From assembly GCF_005696695.1 (NCBI RefSeq), contig NZ_CP040006.1, positions 750,001 to 782,000 of the forward strand: a stretch of DNA of 32,000 nucleotides, given 5' to 3'. Of the stretch, positions 23,461 through 32,000 are shown in pieces. Position numbers and translations under genes: made by a program. The notes under the pieces are model-generated. The model did no database searches, had not been told where the DNA came from, and worked only from the letters and a program-made list of their open reading frames with translations. The DNA is from Schaalia odontolytica (GTDB taxonomy: Bacteria; Actinomycetota; Actinomycetes; Actinomycetales; Actinomycetaceae). Position 1 is the first letter of the stretch. Every line of letters begins with the position of its first letter.

Positions 23461-24732
23461 TTAGCCCTGGCCGGTGAGGGTGAGGTACACGAGGAACAGG
23501 TTGAGGGCGACGATGACGGCCGCGATGAGGAAGCCGGTGACACGCAGGGGACGATTGTTCGCGTAGCTGCCCATGACCTCGGGCGAGGCGGTGAGGCGCA
23601 TGAGCGGGATGATCGCGAAGGGGATGCCGAACGACAGGGCGACCTGCGAGACGACGAGCGCCCACGTGGGCTCGGCGCCCGCGCCCAGGATGATGAGCGC
23701 GGGGATCAGTGAGACGAGGCGACGCACGAGGATCGGCACGCGGATGTGGAGCAGACCGTTCATGATCTCCGAGCCCGCGTAGGCGCCCACCGACGTGGAG
23801 GCCAGCCCCGAGGCCAGCAGGCCCACCGCAAACACCGTGCCGACGACAGGTCCGAGCGTGGAGGAGATCGCGGCGTGCGCGCCTTCGATAGTGTCGGTTC
23901 CGCTCTGGCCGGCCAGGGCCGCGGCCGCCAGGAGCAGCAGGCCGATGTTGACCAGGCCCGCGATGCTGAGCGCCCAGTAGATGTCGATGCGGGTCGCGCG
24001 CAACAGGCGCGAGAGGTGTCCCGAGGAATGCCGGGCGTCGCCGGTGGAGGGGCCGAGCTTGTCGGCCTCGTGGTCGTTGACCAGGGAGGAGTGCAGGTAC
24101 ACCGCGTGCGGCATGACCGTAGCGCCCAGCATGGACGCGGCCACGAGGACTGAGTCGGTGCCCTGGAAACGAGGAACGAGCCCGCCGAGCATTCCCGAGG
24201 GGCTGGGCGGCGCGACGAAGAGGCCCGCCAGGAAGCCCAGCGTGATGATGATGAGTAGGCCGACGATGATCGTTTCGAACTGGCGCTGTCGCCCGCCGCC
24301 CTGAACGAGCAGCAGGGCCATCGACACGACGCCGACGATGACGCCGCCCCACAGGAGGGGGATGCCAAACAGGAGGTGGAGGGCGAGCGCGCCGCCGATG
24401 ACTTCGGCGAGGTCGGTCGCGGCTGCCACGATCTCGGCCTGCAGCCAAAACGCGATGCGCCCGGGCTTGCTCATGCGTGCGCCCAGCAGGGACGGCAGGG
24501 ATTGGCCGGTGACCAGGCCGAGCTTGGCGGAGAGGTACTGGATGACCATCGCGAAGATGTTCGAGGCCACGAGAACCCACACGAGCAGATACCCGTAGCG
24601 TGCGCCCGCGGTGATGTTGGCGGCGACGTTTCCGGGGTCGACGTAGGCGACGGCTGCGACGAAGGCGGGGCCGAGGAGAGGGATGAGCTTGTGGTGTTGC
24701 TCGGTGTCCGTGGCGCTCACGGGGATCCTCAC
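23461..24732 (-). CDS. mntH: Nramp-family divalent metal (Mn2+/Fe2+):proton symporter
   Basis: 423 aa. The Nramp signature is GPAFVAAVAYVDPGNVAANI. Other matching segments are YGYLLVWVLVASNIFAMVIQYLSAKLGLVTG and MPHAVYLHS. It has about 11 TM helices. Confidence 0.92.
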   Translation of the reverse strand: MRIPVSATDTEQHHKLIPLLGPAFVAAVAYVDPGNVAANITAGARYGYLLVWVLVASNIFAMVIQYLSAKLGLVTGQSLPSLLGARMSKPGRIAFWLQAEIVAAATDLAEVIGGALALHLLFGIPLLWGGVIVGVVSMALLLVQGGGRQRQFETIIVGLLIIITLGFLAGLFVAPPSPSGMLGGLVPRFQGTDSVLVAASMLGATVMPHAVYLHSSLVNDHEADKLGPSTGDARHSSGHLSRLLRATRIDIYWALSIAGLVNIGLLLLAAAALAGQSGTDTIEGAHAAISSTLGPVVGTVFAVGLLASGLASTSVGAYAGSEIMNGLLHIRVPILVRRLVSLIPALIILGAGAEPTWALVVSQVALSFGIPFAIIPLMRLTASPEVMGSYANNRPLRVTGFLIAAVIVALNLFLVYLTLTGQG

Positions 24733-24743
24733 TATAGGTAGAA

Positions 24744-24766
24744 AAATATTCGGCTACCCGAAATAT
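24744..24766. promoter_or_regulatory. AT-rich imperfect palindrome in the mntH/argS divergent region (candidate metalloregulator operator)
   Basis: The sequence AATATTCGGCTACCCGAAATATT has the core TTCGG-N4-CCGAA flanked by ATAT-rich arms. It starts 12 nt upstream of the mntH start codon. mntH genes are commonly repressed by DtxR/MntR-family regulators at AT-rich palindromes. This is a motif-level guess only. Confidence 0.3.
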
Positions 24767-24890
24767 TACTCGCCTCGCGTCCCTCACGGCGGGACGAAAG
24801 CCACCCAGGCACGCCTCGTGTGGCCAGGTTTTCATCCACGGACCCGGGGAGAGTTCGCGGATAGGAGCAAAAACCCCGTAGTCTAAAGGG

Positions 24891-26570
24891 GTGACTCCTG
24901 AAGAACTTGCTACTCTCATCCGCGCGACCCTGCTGGACGCTGCTGCCGCCGGTCGCATTTCGATCGACCCTTCGCTGGTCCCCGACCCCGTGACCGTGGA
25001 GCGCCCGCGCGTGCGCGAGCATGGCGACTGGGCGACCAACGTCGCGATGCAGCTCGGTAAGAAGGCTGGCATGGCGCCGCGCGAGTTCGCGCAGATCCTC
25101 GCCGACGACCTGGCCGCTGCCGACGGTATCGACTCCGTCGAGGTCGCTGGCCCTGGCTTCATCAACATCCGCCTGGGCGCGGGTGCGGCCGGCGAGCTGG
25201 CTCGTACCATCGTCGAGGCCGGTGCTGCGTACGGCCGCAACGAGACCCTCTCGGGCCGTTCGATCAACCTCGAGTACGTGTCTGCGAACCCGACCGGCCC
25301 CGTGCACCTGGGTGGCGCCCGCTGGGCAGCCGTCGGCGACTCGCTCGCCCGCCTCATGGCCGCCTCCGGCGCAGCTGTGACCCGCGAGTACTACTTCAAT
25401 GACCACGGCTCGCAGATCGACCGCTTCTCGCACTCCCTCTACGCCCGCGCGATGGGCCGCGAGGTCCCCGAGGACGGCTACGGCGGCCAGTACATCGCCG
25501 ACATCGCCGACCAGGTCCGCGCCGACGCGCGCGCGGCCGGCGAGCCCGACCCGATCACCCTGCCCGAAGAAGAGGCCATCGAGGTCTTCCGAGCTCGCGG
25601 CGTCGAGCTGATGTTCGCGGAGATCAAGGAGCGTCTGCACACCTTCCGGGCAGACTTCGACGTGTTCTTCCACGAGGAGTCCCTGCACACCTCCGGCGCG
25701 GTTGCCGCGGCAATCGAGCGCCTGCGTGAGCGCGGCGAGATCTTCGACGAGGGTGGCGCGGTGTGGCTGCGCACGACCACCTACGGCGACGATAAGGACC
25801 GCGTCCTCATCAAGTCGGACGGCCAGGCCGCGTACTTCGCGGGCGACGTCGCCTACTACCTGAATAAGCGCGAGCGTGGCGCGGACGCCGCCATCTACCT
25901 GCTGGGCGCCGACCACCACGGCTACATCGGCCGCATGATGGCGATGTGCGCCGCGTTCGGCGACAAGCCGGGCGAGAACCTGCAGATCCTCATCGGCCAG
26001 CTCGTCAACCTCGTCAAGGACGGCGAGCCCGTGCGCATGTCCAAGCGCGCCGGCACGATCGTCACCCTCGACGACCTCGTCGATGCTGTGGGCGTGGACG
26101 CCGCGCGCTACGCCCTCGTGCGCGTGTCGATGGACACGCAGGTCGACATTGACCTGGACCTGCTCTCGCAGCACTCCAACGACAACCCGGTCTACTACGT
26201 GCAGTACGCCCACGTGCGTACCTGCAACGTCGCCCGCAACGCCGCCGATCACGGTGTCACCCGCGACGCCGGCTTCGACCCGGCCGCCCTCGACTCCGAG
26301 GCCGACGAGGCCCTGCTGGCCGCCCTCGCCCAGTTCCCCGCGCAGGTTGCGCAGGCGACCGAGCTGCGCGAGCCGCACCGCATCGCCCGCTACCTGGAGT
26401 CCCTGGCTGCGACCTACCACGCCTGGTACGGCCAGTGCCGCGTGACGCCTCGCGGCGACGACCCGGTCGAGCCCGGCCACATCGCCCGCCTCTGGCTCAA
26501 CGACGCGGTCACCCAGGTGCTGCGCACCGGCCTCGGCCTCCTCGGTGTGAGCGCCCCCGAGAGGATGTGA
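24891..26570 (+). CDS. argS: Arginine--tRNA ligase
   Basis: 559 aa with a GTG start. The class I HIGH-type block is [14 protein letters not shown]. The KMSKS-type block is RMSKRAGT. The C-terminal anticodon-binding region (DALR-like) reads YVQYAHVR...[10 protein letters not shown]. Confidence 0.95.
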   Translation: MTPEELATLIRATLLDAAAAGRISIDPSLVPDPVTVERPRVREHGDWATNVAMQLGKKAGMAPREFAQILADDLAAADGIDSVEVAGPGFINIRLGAGAAGELARTIVEAGAAYGRNETLSGRSINLEYVSANPTGPVHLGGARWAAVGDSLARLMAASGAAVTREYYFNDHGSQIDRFSHSLYARAMGREVPEDGYGGQYIADIADQVRADARAAGEPDPITLPEEEAIEVFRARGVELMFAEIKERLHTFRADFDVFFHEESLHTSGAVAAAIERLRERGEIFDEGGAVWLRTTTYGDDKDRVLIKSDGQAAYFAGDVAYYLNKRERGADAAIYLLGADHHGYIGRMMAMCAAFGDKPGENLQILIGQLVNLVKDGEPVRMSKRAGTIVTLDDLVDAVGVDAARYALVRVSMDTQVDIDLDLLSQHSNDNPVYYVQYAHVRTCNVARNAADHGVTRDAGFDPAALDSEADEALLAALAQFPAQVAQATELREPHRIARYLESLAATYHAWYGQCRVTPRGDDPVEPGHIARLWLNDAVTQVLRTGLGLLGVSAPERM

Positions 26571-26571
26571 C

Positions 26572-27975
26572 TTGGTGAGCGAGACGGAAAACGTCGCTAC
26601 CCTCACCTGTCCGACCCCCGATGAGCGCCCCGACCTGTGGCCGTGGAGTGCGAGTCGGGAGGACGGCGTGCTGCGCGTGGGAGGCGTCGACCTGACCAGC
26701 GTCGCTGCCGACTTCGGCACGCCCACCTTCGTGCTCGACGTCGAGGCCATGCGCGGCCGCGCCCGCGTGTGGGCTTCGGCGATGGCCGAGGAGTTCTGGG
26801 ATGGCTACGGCATGAGCGGCGGCGACGCCTTCTACGCCGGCAAGGCCTTCCTGAGCGCCGACGTCGCGCGCCTCGTCGCGGCCGAGGGCCTGGGTATCGA
26901 CACCGCCTCGCTCGGCGAGCTGAGCCTGGCCCTGCGCGCCGGGGTAGACCCCAACCGCATCGGCCTGCATGGCAACAACAAATCGGACGCGGAGATCCGC
27001 CTCGCCCTCGAGGCCGGTATCCACCGCATTTTCATTGACTCGATGGACGAGGTTCACCAGATCGAGCGCATCGCCGCTGACCTCGGCGTCGTCGCGCCCG
27101 TCATGGTGCGCCTGAAGTCCGGCATCCACGCGGGCGGCAACGAGTACATCGCGACCGCCCACGAGGACCAGAAGTTCGGTCTGTCCCTGGCCACCGGCCA
27201 GGCCTACGAGGCCGTGGCCGCGATCAAGGATGCGGCGCACCTGGACTTCCGGGGCCTGCACAGCCACATCGGCTCACAGATCTTCGGGACCGAGGCCTTC
27301 GCCGAGGCCGCGCGTATCGTCATCGACTTCGCGGCGCTCCTCAAGGCCGAGCTGGGTCTGGACGTTCCCGCGATCGACCTGGGCGGCGGAGTGGGCATCG
27401 CCTACACGGGCCAGGATCCGGTCCCGACCTCCCCGGTTGAGGTTGCCCGTGCGCTGGCGACCGTGGTGCGCGAGCGCTGCGCCCACCATGGACTGCCGAT
27501 CCCGCACGTGTCCGTCGAGCCGGGCCGCTCGATCGCCGGCCCGTCGATGGTCATGCTCTACCGCGTCGGCGTCGTCAAGGACATTTCCCTGGAAGACGGG
27601 GGAGTGCGCCGCTACGTGGCGATCGACGGCGGCATGTCGGATAACATCCGCCCGGTCCTCTACGACGCGGCCTACACGGCGACGCTCGCGAACCGTGACC
27701 CCGCGCAGGCCTCGTCTCTGGCGCGCTGCCGCATCGTCGGCAAGCACTGCGAGAGCGGTGACATCATCATCCGCGACATCGACCTGCCGGCCGACATCAC
27801 GGGAGGCGACCTGCTGGCCGTTCCTGCTGTCGGCGCGTACGGCTACTCGATGGCCTCGAACTACAACATGCTGACGAAGCCGGGCGTGCTCGCCGTCGAG
27901 GATGGGGTGGCCCGCTGGTTCATCCGTCCGCAGACGGTCGACCATCTGCTGGCCCTCGACGCCGGCCTGGAGTAA
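26572..27975 (+). CDS. lysA: Diaminopimelate decarboxylase
   Basis: 467 aa. The start is TTG 26572 or GTG 26575, just after the argS stop. The PLP-lysine block is FYAGKAF. Other matching blocks are GLHSHIGSQ, DLGGGVGIAY, EPGRSIAG and CESGD. The argS-lysA adjacency matches Mycobacterium. Confidence 0.92.
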   Translation: MVSETENVATLTCPTPDERPDLWPWSASREDGVLRVGGVDLTSVAADFGTPTFVLDVEAMRGRARVWASAMAEEFWDGYGMSGGDAFYAGKAFLSADVARLVAAEGLGIDTASLGELSLALRAGVDPNRIGLHGNNKSDAEIRLALEAGIHRIFIDSMDEVHQIERIAADLGVVAPVMVRLKSGIHAGGNEYIATAHEDQKFGLSLATGQAYEAVAAIKDAAHLDFRGLHSHIGSQIFGTEAFAEAARIVIDFAALLKAELGLDVPAIDLGGGVGIAYTGQDPVPTSPVEVARALATVVRERCAHHGLPIPHVSVEPGRSIAGPSMVMLYRVGVVKDISLEDGGVRRYVAIDGGMSDNIRPVLYDAAYTATLANRDPAQASSLARCRIVGKHCESGDIIIRDIDLPADITGGDLLAVPAVGAYGYSMASNYNMLTKPGVLAVEDGVARWFIRPQTVDHLLALDAGLE

Positions 27976-28020
27976 ACACCGGCCCGGAGTAACCGCCGGC
28001 CTGCAACAAGCCGAGTGACG

Positions 28021-28055
28021 AAACGGGGAGCACCTACGGGTGCTCCCCGTTTCAT
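28021..28055 (+). terminator. Rho-independent terminator after lysA
   Basis: The hairpin is aaacggggagcacc-tacg-ggtgctccccgttt followed by TCATG. It has an A-tract upstream and a T-tract downstream. The 3' arm motif GCTCCCCGTTT recurs at 28060..28070, with a partial copy at 28074..28081. Confidence 0.75.
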
Positions 28056-28255
28056 GTACGCTCCCCGTTTTGTGCTCCCCCAAATTTCGCACGTAATTCC
28101 CGTCTCGCTATTTCGAATTTTGAAATTACGTCGTTGGAATTGCAGCGTTTGTGGGTGTGCGCAAATTCTGACCAAGGGAAATTATGTGCGAGATTGAGGG
28201 GTGGGATTCATCTTGGGGAGCGGTCTTGGGGGGTGGGCTTAGGTAAGCCTAGGTT

Positions 28256-28284
28256 TTGTTGTTACTGACAAACTCTAGGATGAT
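28256..28284 (+). promoter_or_regulatory. Candidate sigma-70-type promoter of S8 peptidase 1 (TTGTTG-N17-GATGAT)
   Basis: The same architecture occurs at the same distance (~59 nt leader) upstream of the paralogous S8 gene. Both share TGACAAACT in the spacer and an identical RBS region GAAAGTCGAGGAACCATGCGCCG. Confidence 0.4.
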
Positions 28285-28342
28285 GGACGCAGCTGTGAAT
28301 GCAGTCGAAATCCTGATAGTGACAATCGAAAGTCGAGGAACC

Positions 28343-30364
28343 ATGCGCCGCACTGCCGCACGCATCGGCGTCGTCGCCGCTCTCGCCCTGTCCATGGGCG
28401 TGGCCGCGGTGAACGCCCCCTCCGCCCGTGCTGAGGAGCCCGGACTCGTCTCCGCCGCCCGCGCCGACACCGACGAGATGAACTACGCGATCAACCTCGC
28501 GGGCACGAACCCCGAGGACCTCCAGCGGGCCCTCGCCCTCGTCCCCGGAGCCGGTGGCGCCGCCCTGGCCTCGTACCCGGAGATTGGTACCTTCTTCGCG
28601 CAGAGCGCCACGCCCTCGTTCGCGCCCGACCTGGCCGCCGCCCTGCGACAGGCCGGCATCTCCATCCACTCGATCGGCCCGACGCGCGTGGCCCCTGTCC
28701 TCTACTACGAGCGCGTCGAGCTGCCCACCGACAAGAAGGACGAGGCCCCCGCCCCGCAGTCGGGAGCGGCAGGCGGCCTGAATTCCATGCGCGATGAGAC
28801 CGCGAGCGCCGCTCCCGCTGAAGCGAACGAGGAGATCTTCAACTGGGGCGCCGTCGCCATGCACGCGCGCGAGGCCGAGGCAGTCAACGTCAAGCGCGCC
28901 CCCGTCACCGTCGCGGTCGTGGACTCCGGCGTCGAGGACACGCATCCGGACCTGGAGGGGCGCGTCGATACGTCGCGTTCCGTGAAGTGCTCGGTGAACG
29001 GCGTTGCCACGCAGGACTTCTATGGGTGGCGCGATGAGTTCTACCACGGCACGCACGTCGCGGGCATTATCGCGGCTAACCATAACGACATTGGTATCGA
29101 CGGCATCGCCCCTGAAGCGACCATCGTTGCCATTCAGGCGACCAATGACAACCGCCTCATTTACCCCGAGTACGTGACCTGTGCGTTCATGTGGGCGGCG
29201 AGCCACGGGGTGGACATCGTGAATAACTCCTACTCGATGGACCCGTGGGTCTACTGGAGCCCGACCGACCCGGAGCAGGCTGCGGGCCTCGAGGCGGCCA
29301 CGCGGTCGATCAAGTACGCGCAGGACAAGGGACTGGCCGTCATCGCGGCGGCCGGCAATGAGGGCGTCGATATCGACAATCCGTGGATCGACAACGGATC
29401 ACCGACCGACGTTCCCACGCCGACGAAGAATCGCGCGGTGGAAGGCAGTATCCGCGTTCCCTCCATGCTCGACGGCGTCGCCCAGGTGAGCGCGGTCGGT
29501 CAGGCGTACAACGTGAAGCCGGGCCTGTCCCTGGGCCGCGCCGAGTTCTCCAACTACGGTCGCACGATTGATTTTGCCGCCCCGGGCGACCAGATCTACT
29601 CCACGGCCACGACGCTCTTCTACCGCAGCGGCTACGCGGTCGCCGACGGCACCTCCATGGCGACCCCGCACGTGTCGGGCGTCGCGGCCCTCATCAAGTC
29701 GGTGCACCCGGAGCTCACGGGCGCCCAGGTCATCAAGGTGATGGAGAGGCAGGCTGAGGCTAATTACGGACGCCTCAATGAGCCGATCGACGGCAGGGAG
29801 TACCGAGGCTACGGCTTCCTCGATGCGCTCGATGCGGTGACGGATGATCTGGGACGGTTCGACGAGGCCATGGCTGGTGAGTGGGTCAAGGATGCCACAG
29901 GCTGGTGGTACTACTACGAGGACGGAACCTACCCGGCCTCGACCTCGATTCAGATCCGCGGGGAGACCTTCCGCTTCGATGCACGCGGCTACATGGTGAC
30001 CGGATGGGTGCTTGACGGTGGCCGGTGGTTCTACCACGAGGCCTCGGGGGCCCAGGTATTGGGCTGGGCCAACGTGAATGGCACCTGGTACTACCTGGAA
30101 CCCCCCACGGGTGCGATGGTGACCGGTTGGGCTTATGTCGATGATGCCTGGTACTACTTGAGCGCTTCGGGTGCGATGGTGACCGGTTGGGCTTACGTCG
30201 ATGGTGCCTGGTACTACCTCACGCCCTCCGGCGCGATGGCAATTGGCTGGTTGAACGACGGTGGGTCCTGGTACTACCTGGACGTGTCCGGTGCGATGGT
30301 CACCGGCACTCGGCAGGTGGATGGTGTGACCTACACCTTCGGCCCGGACGGTCGCATGCAGTAG
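28343..30364 (+). CDS. Secreted S8 (subtilisin-family) serine peptidase with C-terminal cell-wall-binding repeats
   Basis: Track ORF 28256..30364. I prefer ATG 28343, preceded by GAGGAA. The signal peptide is MRRTAARIGVVAALALSMGVAAVNAPSARA. The catalytic triad blocks are VAVVDSGV (Asp), HGTHVAGIIAA (His) and GTSMATPHVSGVAAL (Ser). The C-terminus carries GW..(D/N)G.WYY...SGAM.TGW repeats. Confidence 0.88.
   Translation: MRRTAARIGVVAALALSMGVAAVNAPSARAEEPGLVSAARADTDEMNYAINLAGTNPEDLQRALALVPGAGGAALASYPEIGTFFAQSATPSFAPDLAAALRQAGISIHSIGPTRVAPVLYYERVELPTDKKDEAPAPQSGAAGGLNSMRDETASAAPAEANEEIFNWGAVAMHAREAEAVNVKRAPVTVAVVDSGVEDTHPDLEGRVDTSRSVKCSVNGVATQDFYGWRDEFYHGTHVAGIIAANHNDIGIDGIAPEATIVAIQATNDNRLIYPEYVTCAFMWAASHGVDIVNNSYSMDPWVYWSPTDPEQAAGLEAATRSIKYAQDKGLAVIAAAGNEGVDIDNPWIDNGSPTDVPTPTKNRAVEGSIRVPSMLDGVAQVSAVGQAYNVKPGLSLGRAEFSNYGRTIDFAAPGDQIYSTATTLFYRSGYAVADGTSMATPHVSGVAALIKSVHPELTGAQVIKVMERQAEANYGRLNEPIDGREYRGYGFLDALDAVTDDLGRFDEAMAGEWVKDATGWWYYYEDGTYPASTSIQIRGETFRFDARGYMVTGWVLDGGRWFYHEASGAQVLGWANVNGTWYYLEPPTGAMVTGWAYVDDAWYYLSASGAMVTGWAYVDGAWYYLTPSGAMAIGWLNDGGSWYYLDVSGAMVTGTRQVDGVTYTFGPDGRMQ
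29876..30361 (+). repeat. About 7-8 tandem ~20-aa cell-wall-binding (choline-binding / CW_binding_1-like) repeats, coding
   Basis: The repeat region reads GEWVKDATGWWYYYEDGTY..., GWVLDGGRWFYHEASGAQVLGWANVNGTWYYLEPPTGAMVTGWAYVDDAWYYLSASGAMVTGWAYVDGAWYYLTPSGAMAIGWLNDGGSWYYLDVSGAMVTGTRQVDGVTYTFGPDGRM. Two adjacent 60-nt units near 30110..30230 are almost identical at the DNA level. Confidence 0.85.
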
Positions 30365-30382
30365 GTGTCTGAGGCTGCTTGT

Positions 30383-30424
30383 CAAGGCGGGGACGCGCAT
30401 CTGAGGGTGCGCGGCCCCGCCTTG
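30383..30424 (+). terminator. Long GC-rich hairpin after S8 peptidase 1
   Basis: The outer stem is caaggcgggg ... ccccgccttg (10 bp). An inner stem gcgca/tgcgc surrounds the loop tctgaggg. No T-run follows. Confidence 0.5.
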
Positions 30425-30516
30425 CTGTCGTGAGAGTTGGGCATAGGCGGGCAGGGGAGTGGTTACTTGAAATTCGTGCCTCTGGCCAGGTGTTGACCAA
30501 TTTAAGTGACGCTAAA

Positions 30517-30545
30517 TTGTGGCGAGTGACAAACTAAAGCATGAT
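30517..30545 (+). promoter_or_regulatory. Candidate sigma-70-type promoter of S8 peptidase 2 (TTGTGG-N17-CATGAT)
   Basis: It is positionally equivalent to 28256..28284. See that entry. Confidence 0.4.
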
Positions 30546-30602
30546 AGTTCTGATGGGTACATTGTCGTACTCGCCAGACCCACAACTGAAAGTCGAGGAA
30601 CC

Positions 30603-32000
30603 ATGCGCCGCAATGTTGCACGCATCGGGCTCGTCGCCGCCCTCGCCCTGTCCATGGGCGTGGCCACAGCGACCGCCCCACCCACCCGGGCCGACGATCG
30701 CACCGGCCTCATCGCGCCCGCTCGCGCCAGCGCCGGCCTGATGAACTACGCCATCAACCTCAGCCCTCAGGCCAGCGCCGAGGACCTTGCGCGCGCGACC
30801 TCGCTCGTCGCATCCGCCGGTGGCGTCACGCTGGCCTCCTATCCGGAGCTGGGAACGTTCTTTGCCCAGAGCGAGTCGGCATCGTTCGCCCCGGACCTGG
30901 CCGCAGCCCTGGGGAAGGCCGGAATTTCCGTGCACTCGGTGGGCCCGACGCGCGTGGCCGCCGTGCCCGAGGGGGAGCGCCAGGCCGCTCCCGACCCACA
31001 GCCGGCCCCGCAGTCCGGCGAGGCGAGCCCGGCTCAGTCCGGAGCCCAGTCGGGCGCTCAATCCGGAGCGCAGTCGGGTGGCCCGTCCTCCCTGCGCGGA
31101 CAGAGTGCGACCGAGGCCGATAAACCCGAGGAGGTCGTCAACTGGGGAGCCCAGGCGATGAGTGCCACCGACGCCGCGGCTGTGCCGATCGCTCACGCGC
31201 CCGTCACCGTCGGCGTCATCGACACCGGCATCGACGACACGCACCCTGACCTCGTGGGTCGCGTCGACACCTCCCGTTCCGTCTCCTGCGGGCACAACGG
31301 CATCCCTTCTCAGGCCTACGGGTCTTGGCGTGACGACTACTTCCACGGCACACACGTCGCGGGCATCATCGCCGCCAACCACAACGGCATCGGCATCGAT
31401 GGCATTGCGCCGACCGCGACCCTCGTGTCCATCAAGGCCTCCAACGACGAGCAGCTCATGTACCCCGAGTACGTGACCTGCGGCTTCATGTGGGCCGCCA
31501 GCCACGGCGTCGACATCGTCAACAACTCCTACTCGATGGATCCCTGGGTCTACTGGAGCCCGAGCGATCCCGAGCAGGCTGCCGGCCTCGAGGCCGCGAC
31601 CCGCGCCATCGCATACGCGCAGGGTAAGGGGCTGGCCGTCATCGCCTCGGCGGGCAACGACGGCATGGACAACGACAACGTCACGACCGACAGCGGGTCG
31701 CCGACCGACCTCGACACCCCGATCAAGGACCGCCCCGTGAAGGACGGCGTAAAGGTCCCCGCCATGGTCGAGGGCGTCAGCCAGGTCAGCGCCGCCACGC
31801 GCACCAACGTCGAGACCAAGCCCGAATGGGCGAACCTCAAGCGCGCCGACTTCTCCAACTACGGCAAGAGCGTCGACTTCACCGCGCCGGGGCAGGACAT
31901 CTACTCGACCGTACCCACGTCGATCTTCTCCTCGGGTTACGCCAAGACCAGCGGCACCTCCATGGCCACGCCCCACATCACGGGCATCGCCGCGCTCATT
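30603..32000 (+). CDS. Secreted S8 (subtilisin-family) serine peptidase, paralog 2; 3' end runs off the right edge
   Basis: Absent from the track because no stop lies in the window. My translation from ATG 30603 reads MRRNVARIGLVAALALSMGVATATAPPTRADD...LMNYAINL...ASYPELGTFFAQSESASFAPDLAAALGKAGISVHSVGPTRVA...VTVGVIDTGIDDTHPDL...FHGTHVAGIIAANHNGIGIDGIAP...SGTSMATPHITGIAALI. It is collinear with the 28343 gene, including the propeptide-like N-terminal region. Confidence 0.88.
   Translation, partial: MRRNVARIGLVAALALSMGVATATAPPTRADDRTGLIAPARASAGLMNYAINLSPQASAEDLARATSLVASAGGVTLASYPELGTFFAQSESASFAPDLAAALGKAGISVHSVGPTRVAAVPEGERQAAPDPQPAPQSGEASPAQSGAQSGAQSGAQSGGPSSLRGQSATEADKPEEVVNWGAQAMSATDAAAVPIAHAPVTVGVIDTGIDDTHPDLVGRVDTSRSVSCGHNGIPSQAYGSWRDDYFHGTHVAGIIAANHNGIGIDGIAPTATLVSIKASNDEQLMYPEYVTCGFMWAASHGVDIVNNSYSMDPWVYWSPSDPEQAAGLEAATRAIAYAQGKGLAVIASAGNDGMDNDNVTTDSGSPTDLDTPIKDRPVKDGVKVPAMVEGVSQVSAATRTNVETKPEWANLKRADFSNYGKSVDFTAPGQDIYSTVPTSIFSSGYAKTSGTSMATPHITGIAALI
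31032..31079 (+). repeat. 12-nt (AQSG) x4 in-frame microsatellite in the S8 paralog 2 linker
   Basis: The DNA gctcagtccgga gcccagtcgggc gctcaatccgga gcgcagtcgggt encodes AQSGAQSGAQSGAQSG. Synonymous differences occur between units. The equivalent linker in paralog 1 lacks it. Confidence 0.8.

Noticed and set aside
23111-26750. 748-aa (23111..25357) and 672-aa (24732..26750) minus-strand ORFs
   Set aside because: They run out of frame through mntH or antisense through argS and cross the intergenic promoter region. The real genes mntH and argS have strong signatures.
30534-31976. 480-aa minus-strand ORF, plus 28262..29206 and 29399..30400 on the minus strand
   Set aside because: They are antisense to the two S8 peptidase genes, whose catalytic triad blocks are clear on the plus strand.

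Overview
This is a high-GC actinobacterial chromosomal window. Hand counts of sampled 60-nt lines give about 70% GC in housekeeping genes. Gene content and synteny suggest an Actinomycetaceae-like genome, which is an inference. Recognisable core genes, left to right:
- aroA (partial) and a DoxX-like gene on the minus strand.
- sigH, rshA, the 24-aa ribosomal micro-protein bL37 and an Abhydrolase_3 esterase.
- Minus strand: a fused OdhA/Kgd-type 2-oxoglutarate dehydrogenase and a degenerate SGNH protein.
- A four-gene plus-strand operon: two CNNM/CBS transporters, an M23 peptidase and a glycerophosphodiesterase.
- An NhaD/ArsB-superfamily transporter, tRNA-Arg(CCG), rpiB, mntH and argS-lysA.
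- Two paralogous secreted S8 peptidases; one carries C-terminal cell-wall-binding repeats and the other runs off the right edge.

The most unusual content is a co-directional tandem array at 4153..9434 on the minus strand, directly in line behind kgd and the SGNH gene. It holds five divergent paralogs of a family I cannot name. Each has a Pro/Gln/Ser-rich N-terminal tail, three predicted TM helices and a roughly 105-aa C-terminal domain with two invariant cysteines. A sixth, truncated-looking small membrane protein sits inside the array. The array also contains a duplicated relic of the neighbouring esterase 3' end, a 69-bp in-frame tandem repeat and a marked GC drop.

Two other items deserve a second look. 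One is an 845-bp non-coding region between rpiB and mntH built from 42-bp periodic repeats: three direct copies facing three inverted copies, then a second 42-bp tandem repeat. The other is a low-GC, translationally coupled pair of unknown-function genes at 18613..20303.

I saw no CRISPR array, transposase, integrase or rRNA. Many long ORFs in the track are antisense or out-of-frame shadows typical of high-GC DNA and are rejected below.
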